The notes beneath the pieces were generated by a model. It did no database searches. It had not been told where the DNA came from and saw nothing but the letters and a program-made list of their open reading frames with translations. Source: Nemertoderma westbladi (lineage: Eukaryota; Animalia; Xenacoelomorpha). From it: DNA of 40,870 nt. Positions 1-11,972 of the stretch are shown piece after piece. Location of the stretch: positions 1-40,870 of the forward strand of contig JAUCBJ010000932.1 in NCBI GenBank assembly GCA_032718475.1. Direction: 5' to 3'. Position numbers and translations under genes: made by a program. How positions within the stretch are numbered: the first letter of the stretch is position 1; each line of letters opens with the position of its first letter.

Positions 1-612
1 ATTTGTACACTCTTTCCACCTAGGAGGCCATTCTCCATAGAACCAATGATTACGGAAGATAGCAGCATATCCCTTCATTTTGGCTGCGTCGGTGTAAAGT
101 TCCAATGTAGCATTGGAAGTCCAATGTCGATTGAGGAACATTGTACATCCGTTATAGTGTAACAGGAAGTTCTCCAAGCTATGAGATCTGCTCGAGCCAT
201 GCCTTAAATCTGATTCGGTGATGCATACGTGTAGCAGTCACGGAAAGCTGTATTAAACGTCTAAGAAAGGCTCTACCGGGAATAACAACCTGACAAGCAA
301 AGTTTAGAAACCCAACAATAGCGAGCAAATCTCGTTTTGTAACCCACTTATTGTGTTTCATACTCTTAATAAGGTCAAGACCCTTCTCTACTTTATCTTT
401 CGGAAGCCTCGCAACATTTCATTTGTATCTAACTCGATACCCAGAAAGGTAATGGTTTGGGATGGACCTTCGGTCTTATGAGAAGCTAGAGGGATGTTCG
501 CTTTACTACAGAAATCTATAAAGATGCTGAGCTGTCTTCTGCATTCATCCTTATATTTCGCCGCCATCAGAAAATCATCTAGTATGTGTATTAAATTTGG
601 TATTGAGAGCTT
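1..612 (-). mobile_element. Degenerate DIRS/Ngaro-type (tyrosine-recombinase retrotransposon) RT-RNase H fragment, running off the window edge
   Basis: Minus-strand translation across ~3 frameshifts: LIHILDDFLM (RT xLDD motif, ~565-595), KTEGPSQTITFLGIELD, RLPKDK..LLAIVGFLNFACQVVIPGRAFLRRLI, then LELYTDAAKMKGYAAIFRNHWFYGEWP (RNase H TDA motif). The order and wording are typical of DIRS-order pol. Confidence 0.85.
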
Positions 613-1198
613 AGATATTTAACAAATTGCAACCATACATTCAATAAATAAATATTTTTTCAATATTTTTTATATGTAAATTCTTCAAAGATTTTGTCAT
701 GATCATTCTATGATCGTAGCAGATTTACAATGTATTATGATCAGTGCAGATGAATCAAACACATAGCATGATCCGTATAGATCTTGGCAGATTCGTAAAG
801 TCGCTAGTCTAGGGAAACTTTACTGTACATATGTTGTTTGGCAAAAGTTTAGAAATTTTCCAAGGCGAAGTCGCGAGTGGCTTGTTTAATTGTCAATCAC
901 TTTACCACCTAAGATATCGAAAATAGTTTATACTGAAAAATGAAGTGGAATTATAATTATGTTAAATATTCGACTAATAAATAAAGAGCGAATTGATAAC
1001 AGGTAAATATTAGGCCTACGCGAGTGGGTCTTCGTGCTGCAAAAACAGCCAACAATTTACAACCATCTTAGCCAACAATTACAATTATTATACTGTACTA
1101 TGGCTAGTTATATCCTGGCTTCCGCCCAGATAAACATTAATATGTTTTTCCAAATCGCATTATAACAATACTTATGGAAAAAGTGAGAAAGGGCGTCA

Positions 1199-1283
1199 CC
1201 GTCATCGGGGGTTGAACCAGCGCTATACGTACGTTTCAGTCTATCAGACCTTATCAGTAGCGCTAATCAGTTCAGCCACTAGC
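1199..1283 (-). repeat. tRNA-like (Pol III A/B box) pseudo-sequence
   Basis: Minus strand reads GTGGCTGAACTG (A-box-like)...GGTTCAACCCC (B-box-like), followed about 20 nt later by a T-run (CTTTTTCC). It does not fold into a proper cloverleaf. Confidence 0.4.
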
Positions 1284-2719
1284 CTCTGACACTCACTCTC
1301 ACACCTAATCCACTTCTATTGACAGGCAGTCTCAACCCCCGGTGACGCTATAGGGGCTGTTGCGCTGTCAGTCAGAGAGGTAACAGCCCATGGGGTAAGG
1401 ATTTACCCTTGGGGCGCTAACTATCAGATAGTCTGATACCAACTGTCAGACAGTCTTTTTCAACTATCAGATAGATGATCGCCCAGTTACAAGTTGCCCG
1501 ATAGTTGTATTTTTTAAACCCCGAGTGTTGTTGACGGAGTCTGTTACTTCCGAAATCGTTGATCGTGGTGCCGGTGCCGGAATTCTGGCTTTGATTAAAA
1601 ACACTGAACTGCTGAACGATGGCGGAATCTACGAAACCCGGCCGGATTCCTAATCCGAGGAGGCGACGGAGTCAATTACACGTAAACAATGAAACAATCG
1701 CGATGGACAATGGAGTCTATTCAATGTATCCAGAACGATACGATGGCGACGGAGTCTATTACAGTATTAAACACGCAACCAAAGCGATCAGAAGGTGGCA
1801 AAGTAATCTACAAAACAGAGAACGACAGGAAGGCGATGGAGTTTATTAAACCCAGTAAGATGGTGCATAGCGAAGCGATCGAGATGGATAACGGAGTCTA
1901 TTACAGTATTAAACCTGGAACGAACACGGTGGAATCTATAGGCCTAAACCTGGAACAATGCGAACAAGGCTACTGTAAAGTTAGACTAGACTGGTTTGTG
2001 AGATTAACTTGCCAATACTAAACTCAACACAATTTGCTTTCTTCGAATTCCTAATAATATATTTTAATCTTAATAATAATTATTCAACATCAATTTTATG
2101 TATATGTCAATGTATAAGATTGCTACCTAAAGACTAAAGAGCTAACTTTAGGAAAATATATGCCTTATATTTTTTTTTAGAATTATTATAATTAATTTTG
2201 TTATGTTTTGATTTGACAGACTACTTGATGTGCGACCGTGATAATAAAATTAAATGGTGCCGAAATATTTTCACTTAACTGCAGGTGTGGGGGGTCGGGG
2301 GGGGGGGGGGGGGGGGGCGCAATCAATATTCTTCCCTCTCCAGGTGAAAATCGACGCAAAGAACAGCTTGTTTACTACTAAAATAAAACTGTATCCTGTT
2401 CTATAGGAAAAAACATTATAGGGGAAACTTTAGCAAGTTGTGTTTATTTTAGCCGATAGACAAAGATTACATGTTTACCAAGTTTGGTATAATTTAGTCA
2501 AAGATTGCATGAGTTACAATTTTAAATTATCAGTGGGGGGTGAAGGCGGTGGGCCAGGATTCAGTTATACTTGAATAAAGAATAGTGATTAAACCAAGGG
2601 ATAAGCGATATATGACACTGATGTATAAGTTCATTGAATGACTGTTGATTTCGAAACATTTAATTCAAAACTATATAAATGTTAATATAATGTTGGATTT
2701 TTTTTTTGTAATAATTAAC

Positions 2720-3492
2720 AGATGAATTATATTTCAGTAATTTATTTTTTTATCTAATCACATTATTAAATAACGAAGCACAGAAATAATACTAAGATTG
2801 AATATTGAATTGAGGGTACAGTACCGAATTGAATATTTGAATGGGAGAATCTTTTAGGCTCGTTAAGCCAAGGAATGCCTGTTCACCACCATGGGTGATC
2901 TTCCACAGTAAACCCTTCTTCCACTCTGTTTCCCAAGTTGCCTTGGTTCCCAATCGACCACTGAAGGATGAAAGCCGGGGTTGGGCTAGGCTGCAGCATT
3001 TAAAGCACTGTGCGCAAACAGTATTGCCCCATCTAGGGATCGAACATTGAATATTTGAGATTGCATAAGATAGAGTATTGAATATCTTCGGCCGTCATCC
3101 CGTTGGTGACTCCATTGGCAACCATTTCGACAGTTTCGATTGGTTTCGGCTCTTCAGTGCCCGAATAGACCGATGGTCGGCGTGGTTGCTGTCCCCATGA
3201 CTGAGGCTGCAATACCAACCAAAATTGCCATCTCCATACGCTGGAGCAGAAACTGGTGTGACCGCGGTTCGTGGGTGGCACTGTGGAGACGAGCCCCGAT
3301 CTCCCGGAGGAAGGTGGATGTCTCTGGACCAGGGCGGCCAAAGGTCTCAAACTGTCAAAGGCCACGGGATGAAAGAAATGGCCCGGTCCACTAGGTCGCG
3401 ATACTTAGAGTTTTTAATGCGCTCTGCCCCCTCAGCTGAGTGCCCCCCAGCAATGATGGTTTGTTGAAGGTGGCTGGGGGCCAGTGGATCTA
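2720..3492 (-). mobile_element. 5'-truncated CRE-clade non-LTR retrotransposon (restriction-like endonuclease C-terminus plus 3' UTR)
   Basis: Minus-strand 3490-3154, frameshifted: DPLAPSHLQQT..SAEGAERIKNSKYRDL..F-PVA-FETFGRPG..FLREIGARLHSATHEPRSHQFLLQRMEMAILVGIAASVMGT. This matches the AE-K-KY / ET-G / QR-A-GNA RLE signature. A candidate 12-bp TSD GTAATAATTAAC lies at 2708-2719 and 3493-3504. Confidence 0.8.
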
Positions 3493-4220
3493 GTAATAAT
3501 TAACGCAAAGATATGATTACAGGATTAGGTAGGCCTACGTGATATTAGTTTCTCAAACCAAACCTATCCATCCATTGACGTCCAAATATATCCAATTTCT
3601 CAATCCATACTAATCAGTATGTAATAATGTACACTGTTCTGCAATAATGTCAATGTCCAACCAAACAATGCGTTGAGTGTTATCGGACCAGCCGCCAAGA
3701 AATGTTAAGCTAACGGCACCTCGCTCCTGTTGCATCAGTTTTTGTAGTGGTCTAGTTCCAGGCTACCAGAATCCGTTAGGCCTAGCACCTAGTGCATGAT
3801 ATAGAATCAGCACATCCTGACATCTGTGCAACTCCTGAACTCACGCAAGCATTTTACATATGGTCTTGTAGGCCTACCACGAAACCGTGTATTATTTACA
3901 GATGTAGGGCATTGTAGGCTACATTTCGGGTCTTGTACCGTGCACAGTACTGGTGGGCCTACACAGCTACTGCTATTTTGCCTAATACAGGTCCCAGAGG
4001 TAAATCCTTACCCCACGGGCTGTTACCTCTCTGACTGACAGCGCAACAGCCCTCTCTCCGGTGACGCGCTTTCTCATTTTTTCCATTTCTGAACAAAACC
4101 ATAATATTACATTCATATATATCGGTATAGGTCGGTATAGCTCTGTCTGTTTATATTGGATTGTTCATTGTTATAGCAGATCGGTACAGTATATACTATA
4201 CGGTAGGTTGCCTTTTATAG

Positions 4221-5711
4221 GGTACGTACTAAAAGGTAGAACCATCTATAACGGGCTATAACGATCTATAACGGGCTATAACGATCTATAACGGGCTATA
4301 AATTCCTATAAACAAGCTATAACCACCTATAACGAGCTATAATATGAAAATTTACATTAAAAAAACGCCCATTAGGGTGTGTTTAACTTTTTGATTCGCA
4401 TGGCGGTGTGAAAAATACCGCAGGTTAAAAATTGGGTAGGCCTATGCCTAATTGATAGGCCTACTGCAGTTAGTATACTGGTTCGTTTTTTTATTGGCCT
4501 ATATTGCTCACTTATTCTATATCGACTACAACACAACGCCTATATCAGCATATCGACGTACTACATACACTACTACAGTACTTAGGCCTACTGCTTACCG
4601 CTCCCGTCGTTCCGTGTCAGGCCAATACTCTCACAGTAACAATAACAGAATATATTATATCTTATTGCAGATTTTCCCGGCATCCCGGAGCCGGAACCAC
4701 GGCGTCACATCTCCACCGGTAAAATTTCAACATTTGTTGGTTATATTCGAGATGTTCTTATAGTGCGGTGACGAGTCGGGAGAAACCCGGATTGGAGGAG
4801 AACGACAAGCAAACCAGTTATCAGCCTTACGTTGATGCGTGAATAAACCATGGGACAGGGACTAGACTATGAATTATTACTATCTGAAAGAATACTACAG
4901 CACTGGGGGGGAGGGGGGGGGGGGGGGGAGGACGGGGAGGGGGCGTCTCGACAGCCGTCGAGTGTTCTTACTGAATTAATTAAATATAACAAACAAAAAT
5001 TCCCCTCTGATTTCCAAAAATTCGTTAACTGGTCCAACAACTGGAACCCGTCCTACTAATTCCATCCAAATTATAAAGTTCAATTTATCGGCTTTTACAA
5101 TAATATTACAAATATACAAATTACAATTAAAACAACAATGTTGGGACGTCACGGGTAGTTTTCAGTTACATTGATCATTCAGTTTCAGCCGCATCGATAT
5201 CACTGAATCCGGAGTCCGTTCCGCCAAGGATCCGTCGATATCACTGAATCCGGAGTCCGTTCCGCCAAGGATCCGTCGATATCACTGAATCCGGAGTCCG
5301 TTCCGCCAAGGATCCGTCGATATCACTGAATCCGGAGTCCGTTCCACCAAGGATCCGTCGATATCACTGAATCCGGAGTCCGTTCCGCCAAGGATCCATC
5401 GATATCACTGAATCCGGAGTCCGTTCCGCCAAGTCCTGCTGTCTGACAAGTCAGATAGTGGAATGCTGACTAATGAAGTAATGACTGATTTCATGATACC
5501 AAAAAGATGAAAAGCAGTATGGACTAAAAAAACCAAATTGCTTAATTAAATTACTGACTAGGAAAATAAATCCATGCTAAAATATGTATTTTTATTGTAA
5601 ATTTTCATATTATAGCTCGTTATAGGTGGTTATAGCTTGTTTATAGAAAATTATAGCCCGTTATAGATCGTTATAGCCCGTTATAGATGGTTCTACCTTT
5701 TAGTACGTACC
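4221..5711. mobile_element. Non-autonomous DNA transposon with 9-bp TSD (Merlin- or Mutator-like)
   Basis: TIRs of ~125-140 bp (4221-4362 / 5589-5711) start GGTACGTACTAAAAGG and are built from 10-bp CTATAACNNN subrepeats. The 9-bp direct repeat CTTTTATAG is at 4212-4220 and 5712-5720 (alternative parse: GGG termini with 7-bp TTTTATA). Confidence 0.85.
5195..5433. repeat. 41-bp tandem repeat, ~5.8 copies, inside the 4221-5711 element
   Basis: Unit CGATATCACTGAATCCGGAGTCCGTTCCGCCAAGGATCCGT at 5195, 5236, 5277, 5318, 5359 and 5400; near-identical copies with no spacers. Confidence 0.95.
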
Positions 5712-6437
5712 CTTTTATAGCTCGTTATAGCTCAGTATTAGGTCGACTGTCTGACTGTAGGTAGGTACCGGTACTGCGGTATACCTTTTAGTATGTAGAG
5801 GGACTGCACTGCCTTACTGCCTTAAGCTTACACTCGTACAGGTACAGAGGTATAATACGTACACGTGTTGCTCCTTGATTTACTGACCCATGCTGCCTAC
5901 ACGGTGACGTCCAGACGTCAGACGTGTACCACATACTGACATACCATGGACTAATTATAATAGTAGGCCTACATAATCGCATTACAGCATTAAAGCTGTA
6001 AAGCAGTACATAATTTAATGCTACGTGACACATCACAGCATCAGCACTTCTGGCAGTCTCCAGTCAGCCAATCTCCAGTTGCCAGTCTGGGCACTTTTAG
6101 TTTTTGTTTATGCCTGACTCGATGACTGGGGGACGTACCGAACCGGTACCCTGGTACCGGTAACCAAAAAATAAACGAACAGTCAAATTCAAAGTGGAGT
6201 GAAATTTACAGGGCTGTAGTGCAGTAGTGTTTTGTTTGTTTAGTACAGTAGTAGAGTCAGAGAGTAGGCCTGTATCTCTGTCAGTCTGTTTCTGAAGACT
6301 GTAGCAGTGTAGGTGGTCGGGTAGGGCTGTAGGGTATAACTTTTCGCCGAATCCCGTATCCGTCTGTCCGTACGGCAGTACTGCAGTACGCATTTGCCGT
6401 ATTCGTCTATATGCTGACCCCTACAGGCTGATATGTC

Positions 6438-9400
6438 GGGTTTGACTAAATACGCCACCGACAACCACCGACACCTTTCGCATACCACCGACAAGCACTG
6501 ACAACAAAAGACATAAACCGACACAAACCGACAGGTAAGATCGCAAACCGACAGTATACCGACAACTTCGGCAATGTTAGTAAACTATTTCAGTACCGGC
6601 TGACCGGTACATGATTATACAATTTTTATTTCCAGTCCAAATATTTATAACAAAGTCGGCTGTCGGCCTTCATATATTATCTTGTTTTAAATTATTATAT
6701 TGCATAGCAGCATAGCGTAATGGTAAAAATCTTTAGTGTTTTTCATATGTCGGTGTGTTGCTATTATTATTAGTTTTTGTCGGTGGTAGTCAGACTGTTG
6801 TCGGTGGTAGTCAGACTGTTGTAGGTGGTAGTCAGACTGTTGTCGGTGGTAGTCAGACTGTTGTCAGTGGTATAATTCTGCGGTATCCGTTCTTAAACTT
6901 GGACATACAGTACAGTGCGATAGTGCTAAAGTTAGGCGCTTTACCGAATGAGCTATTAGTGAATGAGTAGATGTAATGTAAATAAAATAACAAATTCTAA
7001 TTGTCATGAGATATAGAATAGTACATTATTTAATTTATATTGTCTATAGAGATCTCTCTTCCGGTGAAACGTTCGCTGTCATTAATCAAAAGGGAATCGA
7101 CAGCGATCGTTTCTTTGTCGCTGGTCTTGTCGTTGGTGCGGCCATACGACTGATGGAACCTTCTTTGAGAGGAAAGAGAAGCCATCACCTTCCTCTGATA
7201 AGTTGTAACACTGGTAACGGGGTAAGTTAAGTCATTCTTTATATCGGTGGTATGTCAAATGTGTCGGTGGCGTATTACTTTGAAGGCAATTTTCTCGGAA
7301 TGACATTCTTTCACGCAAATTTTGTATTCATTTCATAAGATTTTATAATATTTCGAGTTATTTACAAATTAATTAATAACCACAGGGGGTAGCCCCCCGT
7401 AATTAATGTCTCATATTTACACAATGCAAGACAACGTAACTGACAGACTTACGGGGGTTTGTCATTGTGACATTTTTTGCATTGTATCGAATGTATTTTC
7501 ATACACGTTGTACAAAGCAAAAACGCTGTTAGTACAAAAGACAACCCTGAAGTCAAAATATTAATGGAAAGTGAAAAATAATACGCAGAAAACTTTCCCA
7601 CCACCAGAAGAAATTAGAAATTTACGGACATTTTAAACCAACAATCTGAAGACAAAAGGTAATTTGCGTTTTACTCGAAATTACTTTTTTGACTTACGGT
7701 CTTTTTACATTGAACGGCAGAATTGGTGTTATAATATCTTCACAAGGAAATAAGCAGACAACCAACAGTGATAGAGTTGTCTAAGAGTGTCGGTTTGCCA
7801 TTTTGTTTGTCGGTTGGTTGACTACCAAAGGCAACTTTTCACATACACCGATATAAACAAAGTAATTCAATTTTTCATAATGGCAAAATGCCACCAGCCC
7901 CTCCCCCAGAGAGACCACTATCACCACACTTAGCTTTTCATTTCTTCCGGAGTAATTTTTATATTTTACAATTACTTACAGTGTATTATGTAGAATGAAT
8001 TTAATTTAGGAAAAATATTTTTGAAGACTATCTGTCAACCAATCTTTCAATCGATCAATATATTATTCCACCAACACATCAATCAATACATCAATATATA
8101 CTGTATACAATAGGTACCTGAACTGTATAAAGAAAAAGAGTAACAAAAAAGTAAAACACATTATCTTATACAATGCTATATTGCGCCTCTGCATTCTCAC
8201 GGGCTGGGCACCGTTTTTTGTTTCGGTTGCGCAAATTCCATACAGTAAATGCCAACACGAAAACAAAAAGCTGCATTAGCAATAAATTTTAAAGCCAGTT
8301 AAGGCAAAGTCTTATGTTAACAAATCCAACAGTACAATATGCCGCCTGGCTTATGGGGATACATAAAATGTTGAATAGTTATGAAGTGGTCATCCTTGGG
8401 AGATTGTGTTGCGCAACCATTCGTTTCCGGTAACATCCAAGAGAGAAAGGAGCTTCCGTTACTTCTTGTTTCCTTCCTTCACTTTACTTTACGTCATTTA
8501 GGTAAATACCAATTACGTCACACAATGTGCAGGTGTATGTAAAGTAATAAATTTCGGCAGTGTATCGCACTGTACTGTATGTCAGAGTATAGGAACTGAT
8601 ACCGCAGAAAAATACCACTGACAACAGTCTGACTACCATCGACAAAAACTAATAATAAAAGAAACACACCGACATATGAAAAACACTAACGATTTTTACC
8701 ATTACGTTATGCAATATAATAATTTAAAACAGATAATTTATGAAGGCGGTATTATATTTTAAAGAAATTATCATGACTAATTACACCACCGACAACAGGC
8801 CGACAGTGGACAATATACTTTGTTATAAATATTTGGACTGGAAATAAAAATTGTATAATCATGTACTGAAATAGTTTACTAACATTGCCGAAGTTGTCGG
8901 TATACTGTCGGTTTGCGATCTTACCTGTCGGTTTGTGTCTTTTGTTGTCGGTGGTATGCGAAAGGTTTCGGTGGTTGCCGGTGTAGTATTTAGTCAAATT
9001 TTAAAGCCAGTTAAGGCAAAGTCTTATGTTAACAAATCCAACAGTACAATATGCCGCCTGTCTTATGGGGATACAGAAAAGGTTGAATAGTTATGAAGTG
9101 GTCATCCTTGGGAGATTGTGTTGGGCAACCATTCTTTTCCCGTAACATCCAAGAGAGAAAGGAGTTTCCGTTGCTTCTTGTTTCCTTCCTTCACTTTTCT
9201 TTACGTCATTTAGGTAAATACCAATTACGTCACACAATGTGCAGCTGTATGTAAAGTAATAAATTTCGGCATTGTAGGGGCCTATCGCACTGTACTGTAT
9301 GTCCAAGTTTAAGAACGGATACCGCAGAAATATACCACTGACAACAGCGTGACTACCACCGACAACAGTCTGACTACCACCGACAAAAACTAATAATAAA

Positions 9401-9753
9401 AGAAACACACCGACATATGAAAAACACTAAAGATTTTTACCATTACGCTATGCAATATAATAAATTAAAACAAGATAATATATGGAGGCGGTATTATATT
9501 TTAAAGAAATTATCATGACTAATTACACCACCGACAACAGGCCGACAGTGGACAATATACTTTGTTATAAATATTTGGACTGGAAATAAAAATTGTAGAA
9601 TCATGTACTGAAATAGTTTACTAACATTGCCGAAGTTGTCGGTATACTGTCGGTTTGCGATCTTACCTGTCGGTTTGTGTCGGTTTATGTCTTTTGTTGT
9701 CGGTGGTATGCGAAAGGTGTCGGTGGTTGTCGGTGGCGTATTTAGTCAAACCC
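6438..9753. mobile_element. Mutator-like (MULE) non-autonomous element with ~480-bp TIRs
   Basis: Termini GGGTTTGACTAAATACGCCACCGACA.../...TATTTAGTCAAACCC. Perfect 9-bp TSD TGATATGTC at 6429-6437 and 9754-9762. The long TIRs (~6438-6922 / ~9283-9753) are rich in CCGACA subrepeats. Confidence 0.9.
8284..9750. repeat. Tandem direct duplication (~710-750 bp x2) of the right end of the MULE
   Basis: AAATTTTAAAGCCAGTTAAGGCAAAGTC starts at ~8284 and again at ~8996; both copies end in TATTTAGTCAAA. Confidence 0.9.
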
Positions 9754-10482
9754 TGATATGTCTGTACAGCTGTATGCAGGTATGTCAGCCTCATCAGTCA
9801 GTATGCAGTATGTGTAGTGCAGGCAGTGTACATACGCCTGTACGGTACGCGTATCTGCGTATGTAATGGATTCCTATAGATAATAATAATCCGTATGTGA
9901 TTTTAGAGATTAGTCATTGCCCATTGCCAGATTGCGGACCAGTAAGAAGTGCTGACATGCATGACAGCATACATTGTACATACAGACTGAAGACCTGAAG
10001 ACAGGTTTAGGCCTACTTCAAAGCTATACCGGTACTACCGGTACTGCTATATGATTTAAAGAGTGCGGCTGCGGCTGTCGCTCGCTTATGGCAGTATGGC
10101 AAATAAAGAATGTGCATTTATTCCTCGGCTACCGGTGACCGGTACCAGGCTACGCTACGCCTCGGAAAAAATGTGCACATTCTACTATCAGACTATTCCT
10201 CGAAAATGCGGATAAAAAAGGACAAAAAAGATAGTATAGGAACAGAGGAATAGAATAAATAATATATAGTATTGAATACTGGAATAGGTACTTTCTTTTT
10301 GTAAAATAAATTTAAATACAATCTGACAATAGTACCGGTAGGGCGGTAGGTCTACCGGTCCGGTTCCGGTCCTGAGGCTGAAGTAATAGGCTTACTGTAA
10401 TATATCTGTACTTAAATTTATACAGTAGGACCAATTTATACAACAGGCCACATCGACTAGCCTAGTAGCTTATACAGTGACG

Positions 10483-10675
10483 ATGACGATACAGTGGATA
10501 TTGGTTGCTTTCATTCTTGCATTAGAATTTATCGTCACCATTTTACTCTGCATTCCTTTTATTAAAACTTCAGTGTGGCAAAAAGTGTTTAGAAGTCGTC
10601 TATCAGGATGCCTGCGACATTATGGATGGATTGTATTTGTAGTAGTTATTGTACTTCTGGGTATATTATTTGTTG
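10483..10675 (+). CDS. BCAP31: B-cell receptor-associated protein 31/29 family (BAP31), coding exon 1 of 4
   Basis: MTIQWILVAFILALEFIVTILLCIPFIKTSVWQKVFRSRL... matches the BAP31 N-terminus (M-x-LQW...LLCIPF...WQKIFKSRL). Donor G|GTAAG, phase 1. Confidence 0.93.
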
Positions 10676-10905
10676 GTAAGTTTTGTAATTAACACTACCG
10701 GTATTTCAGTATTTTCGGGTCTGCATTGACGACTTCTGGCATCACCTGGTCTCTGATTTGTTTTGATACAGAGACTAAGCGATAGTTTAGTGATTATCCA
10801 GCGTCAGGTTCTAGGCGACCTTCTCTTTAAACTGTCTCTATAATACTGTCTGACTGTACCTGCGGTAGTACAGTAGTAATATGGCATAAATTTGGTTTAA
10901 ATTAA

Positions 10906-11972
10906 CCCCCACAAAAGGGCGCGTCTTAATTATTTCGGGGGGGGGGGGGGGGGGGGAGATTAATAATTAACATTAATTATTCCTCCTATTTTTTAGAGAA
11001 TGCTATAAATACACACATTTATGTGCTTTTATCTCCCCCCAGCGATTGGCTGATATAGGAGGGAATTTAATGTTCGCAAGTATTATGTTATTTTAATAAA
11101 TCCTCCGATTAATGATTGGTTGAAAGAGGACACGTCTTTAATTGCACAACTTTGTTGTATTTATCCAGCCCCTAGCGATCGTGGATTGGATGATAGATAT
11201 ATATAGTTATACATTATGTAAAAACAACAACAATTTACTCTCGACATATTTGCTTGCGTTATTTTTGCTCTCGATATTTTTACTCGCGTTATTTTTACTC
11301 TCGATATTTTTCAATATAACCATATAAAACGTAATTACACTATGTACAACTTTGCCGAGAGCGAGACAATACTTCGACTCAACCGTAAAGATGTAGCTAG
11401 CTAGCTATCTACAGTACAAATAATAAAACGCAATCACAGTATGTACAACTTTACCAAGAGCGTGGCAATGCCCGACGCAATGATAACGATGTAGCTATGT
11501 ACAGTACAATTAATTAAACGTAATTACAGTATACATTAAATTATTATAAATTATTAACTTAAGCTGTAGGACTATTTTGTATTTGTACCTATTTTTACAT
11601 TGCATACGGAGGTGAGATTTAACTGCAGATTTAAAAGAATGTTAATTATCTGGGTTTTTTGTTACATTAGGCAGAGCGTTCCAATTTTTAATACCCTTAA
11701 AAAAAAGTAGGTATCAGTTTCGAAGGATTTAAAATTCGGGAAGTAATATATGATCTACCAGTTTTAAACGCTAGGGGAGGATTTAATACAACATACATGC
11801 GGTAGTTATTTATTTAAATTCCCTCGTATTTCAACCAATCGCCAGCGGGGGGGGGGGGGGGGATAAAATTACATAAATTACAGCCTTTATTTCATCCCAA
11901 AAAATAAGAAGAGAAATTAATCAATTTATGAATTATTTCACCAACTAAATAATAAATCGGCCCTTTTGGGGG
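10906..11972. mobile_element. Old inverted-repeat element in BCAP31 intron 1 (possibly piggyBac-like)
   Basis: TTAA|CCCCCACAAAAGGGC ... GCCCTTTTGGGGG|TGAA. Diverged inverted arms of ~200 bp share GCGATTGG-TGA-ATA-GAGGGAATTTAA (~11042 versus the reverse complement near 11813-11842). Internal ~30-bp and ~98-bp tandem repeats. Confidence 0.55.

Larger units (their letters stand above)
1174..4086. mobile_element. Non-autonomous inverted-repeat element (~2.9 kb) with composite termini
   Basis: 54-bp inverted repeat at 1354-1407 / 3999-4052 (1 mismatch), plus an outer 28-bp inverted repeat at 1174-1201 / 4059-4086 (2 mismatches). The left side has ~150 extra bp between the two repeats. No transposase ORF and no clear TSD. 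Confidence 0.7.

Noticed and set aside
1619-2021. 76- and 110-aa ORFs with repeated DGVYYSIK
   Set aside because: Explained by a local ~140-bp duplication (ACGGAGTCTATTACAGTATTAAAC) within the TIR element; no recognisable domain.
6240-9866. Short ORFs such as MLLLLLVFVGGSQTVVGG and MPKLSVYCRF
   Set aside because: They fall in MULE TIR subrepeats and show no protein-family motifs.
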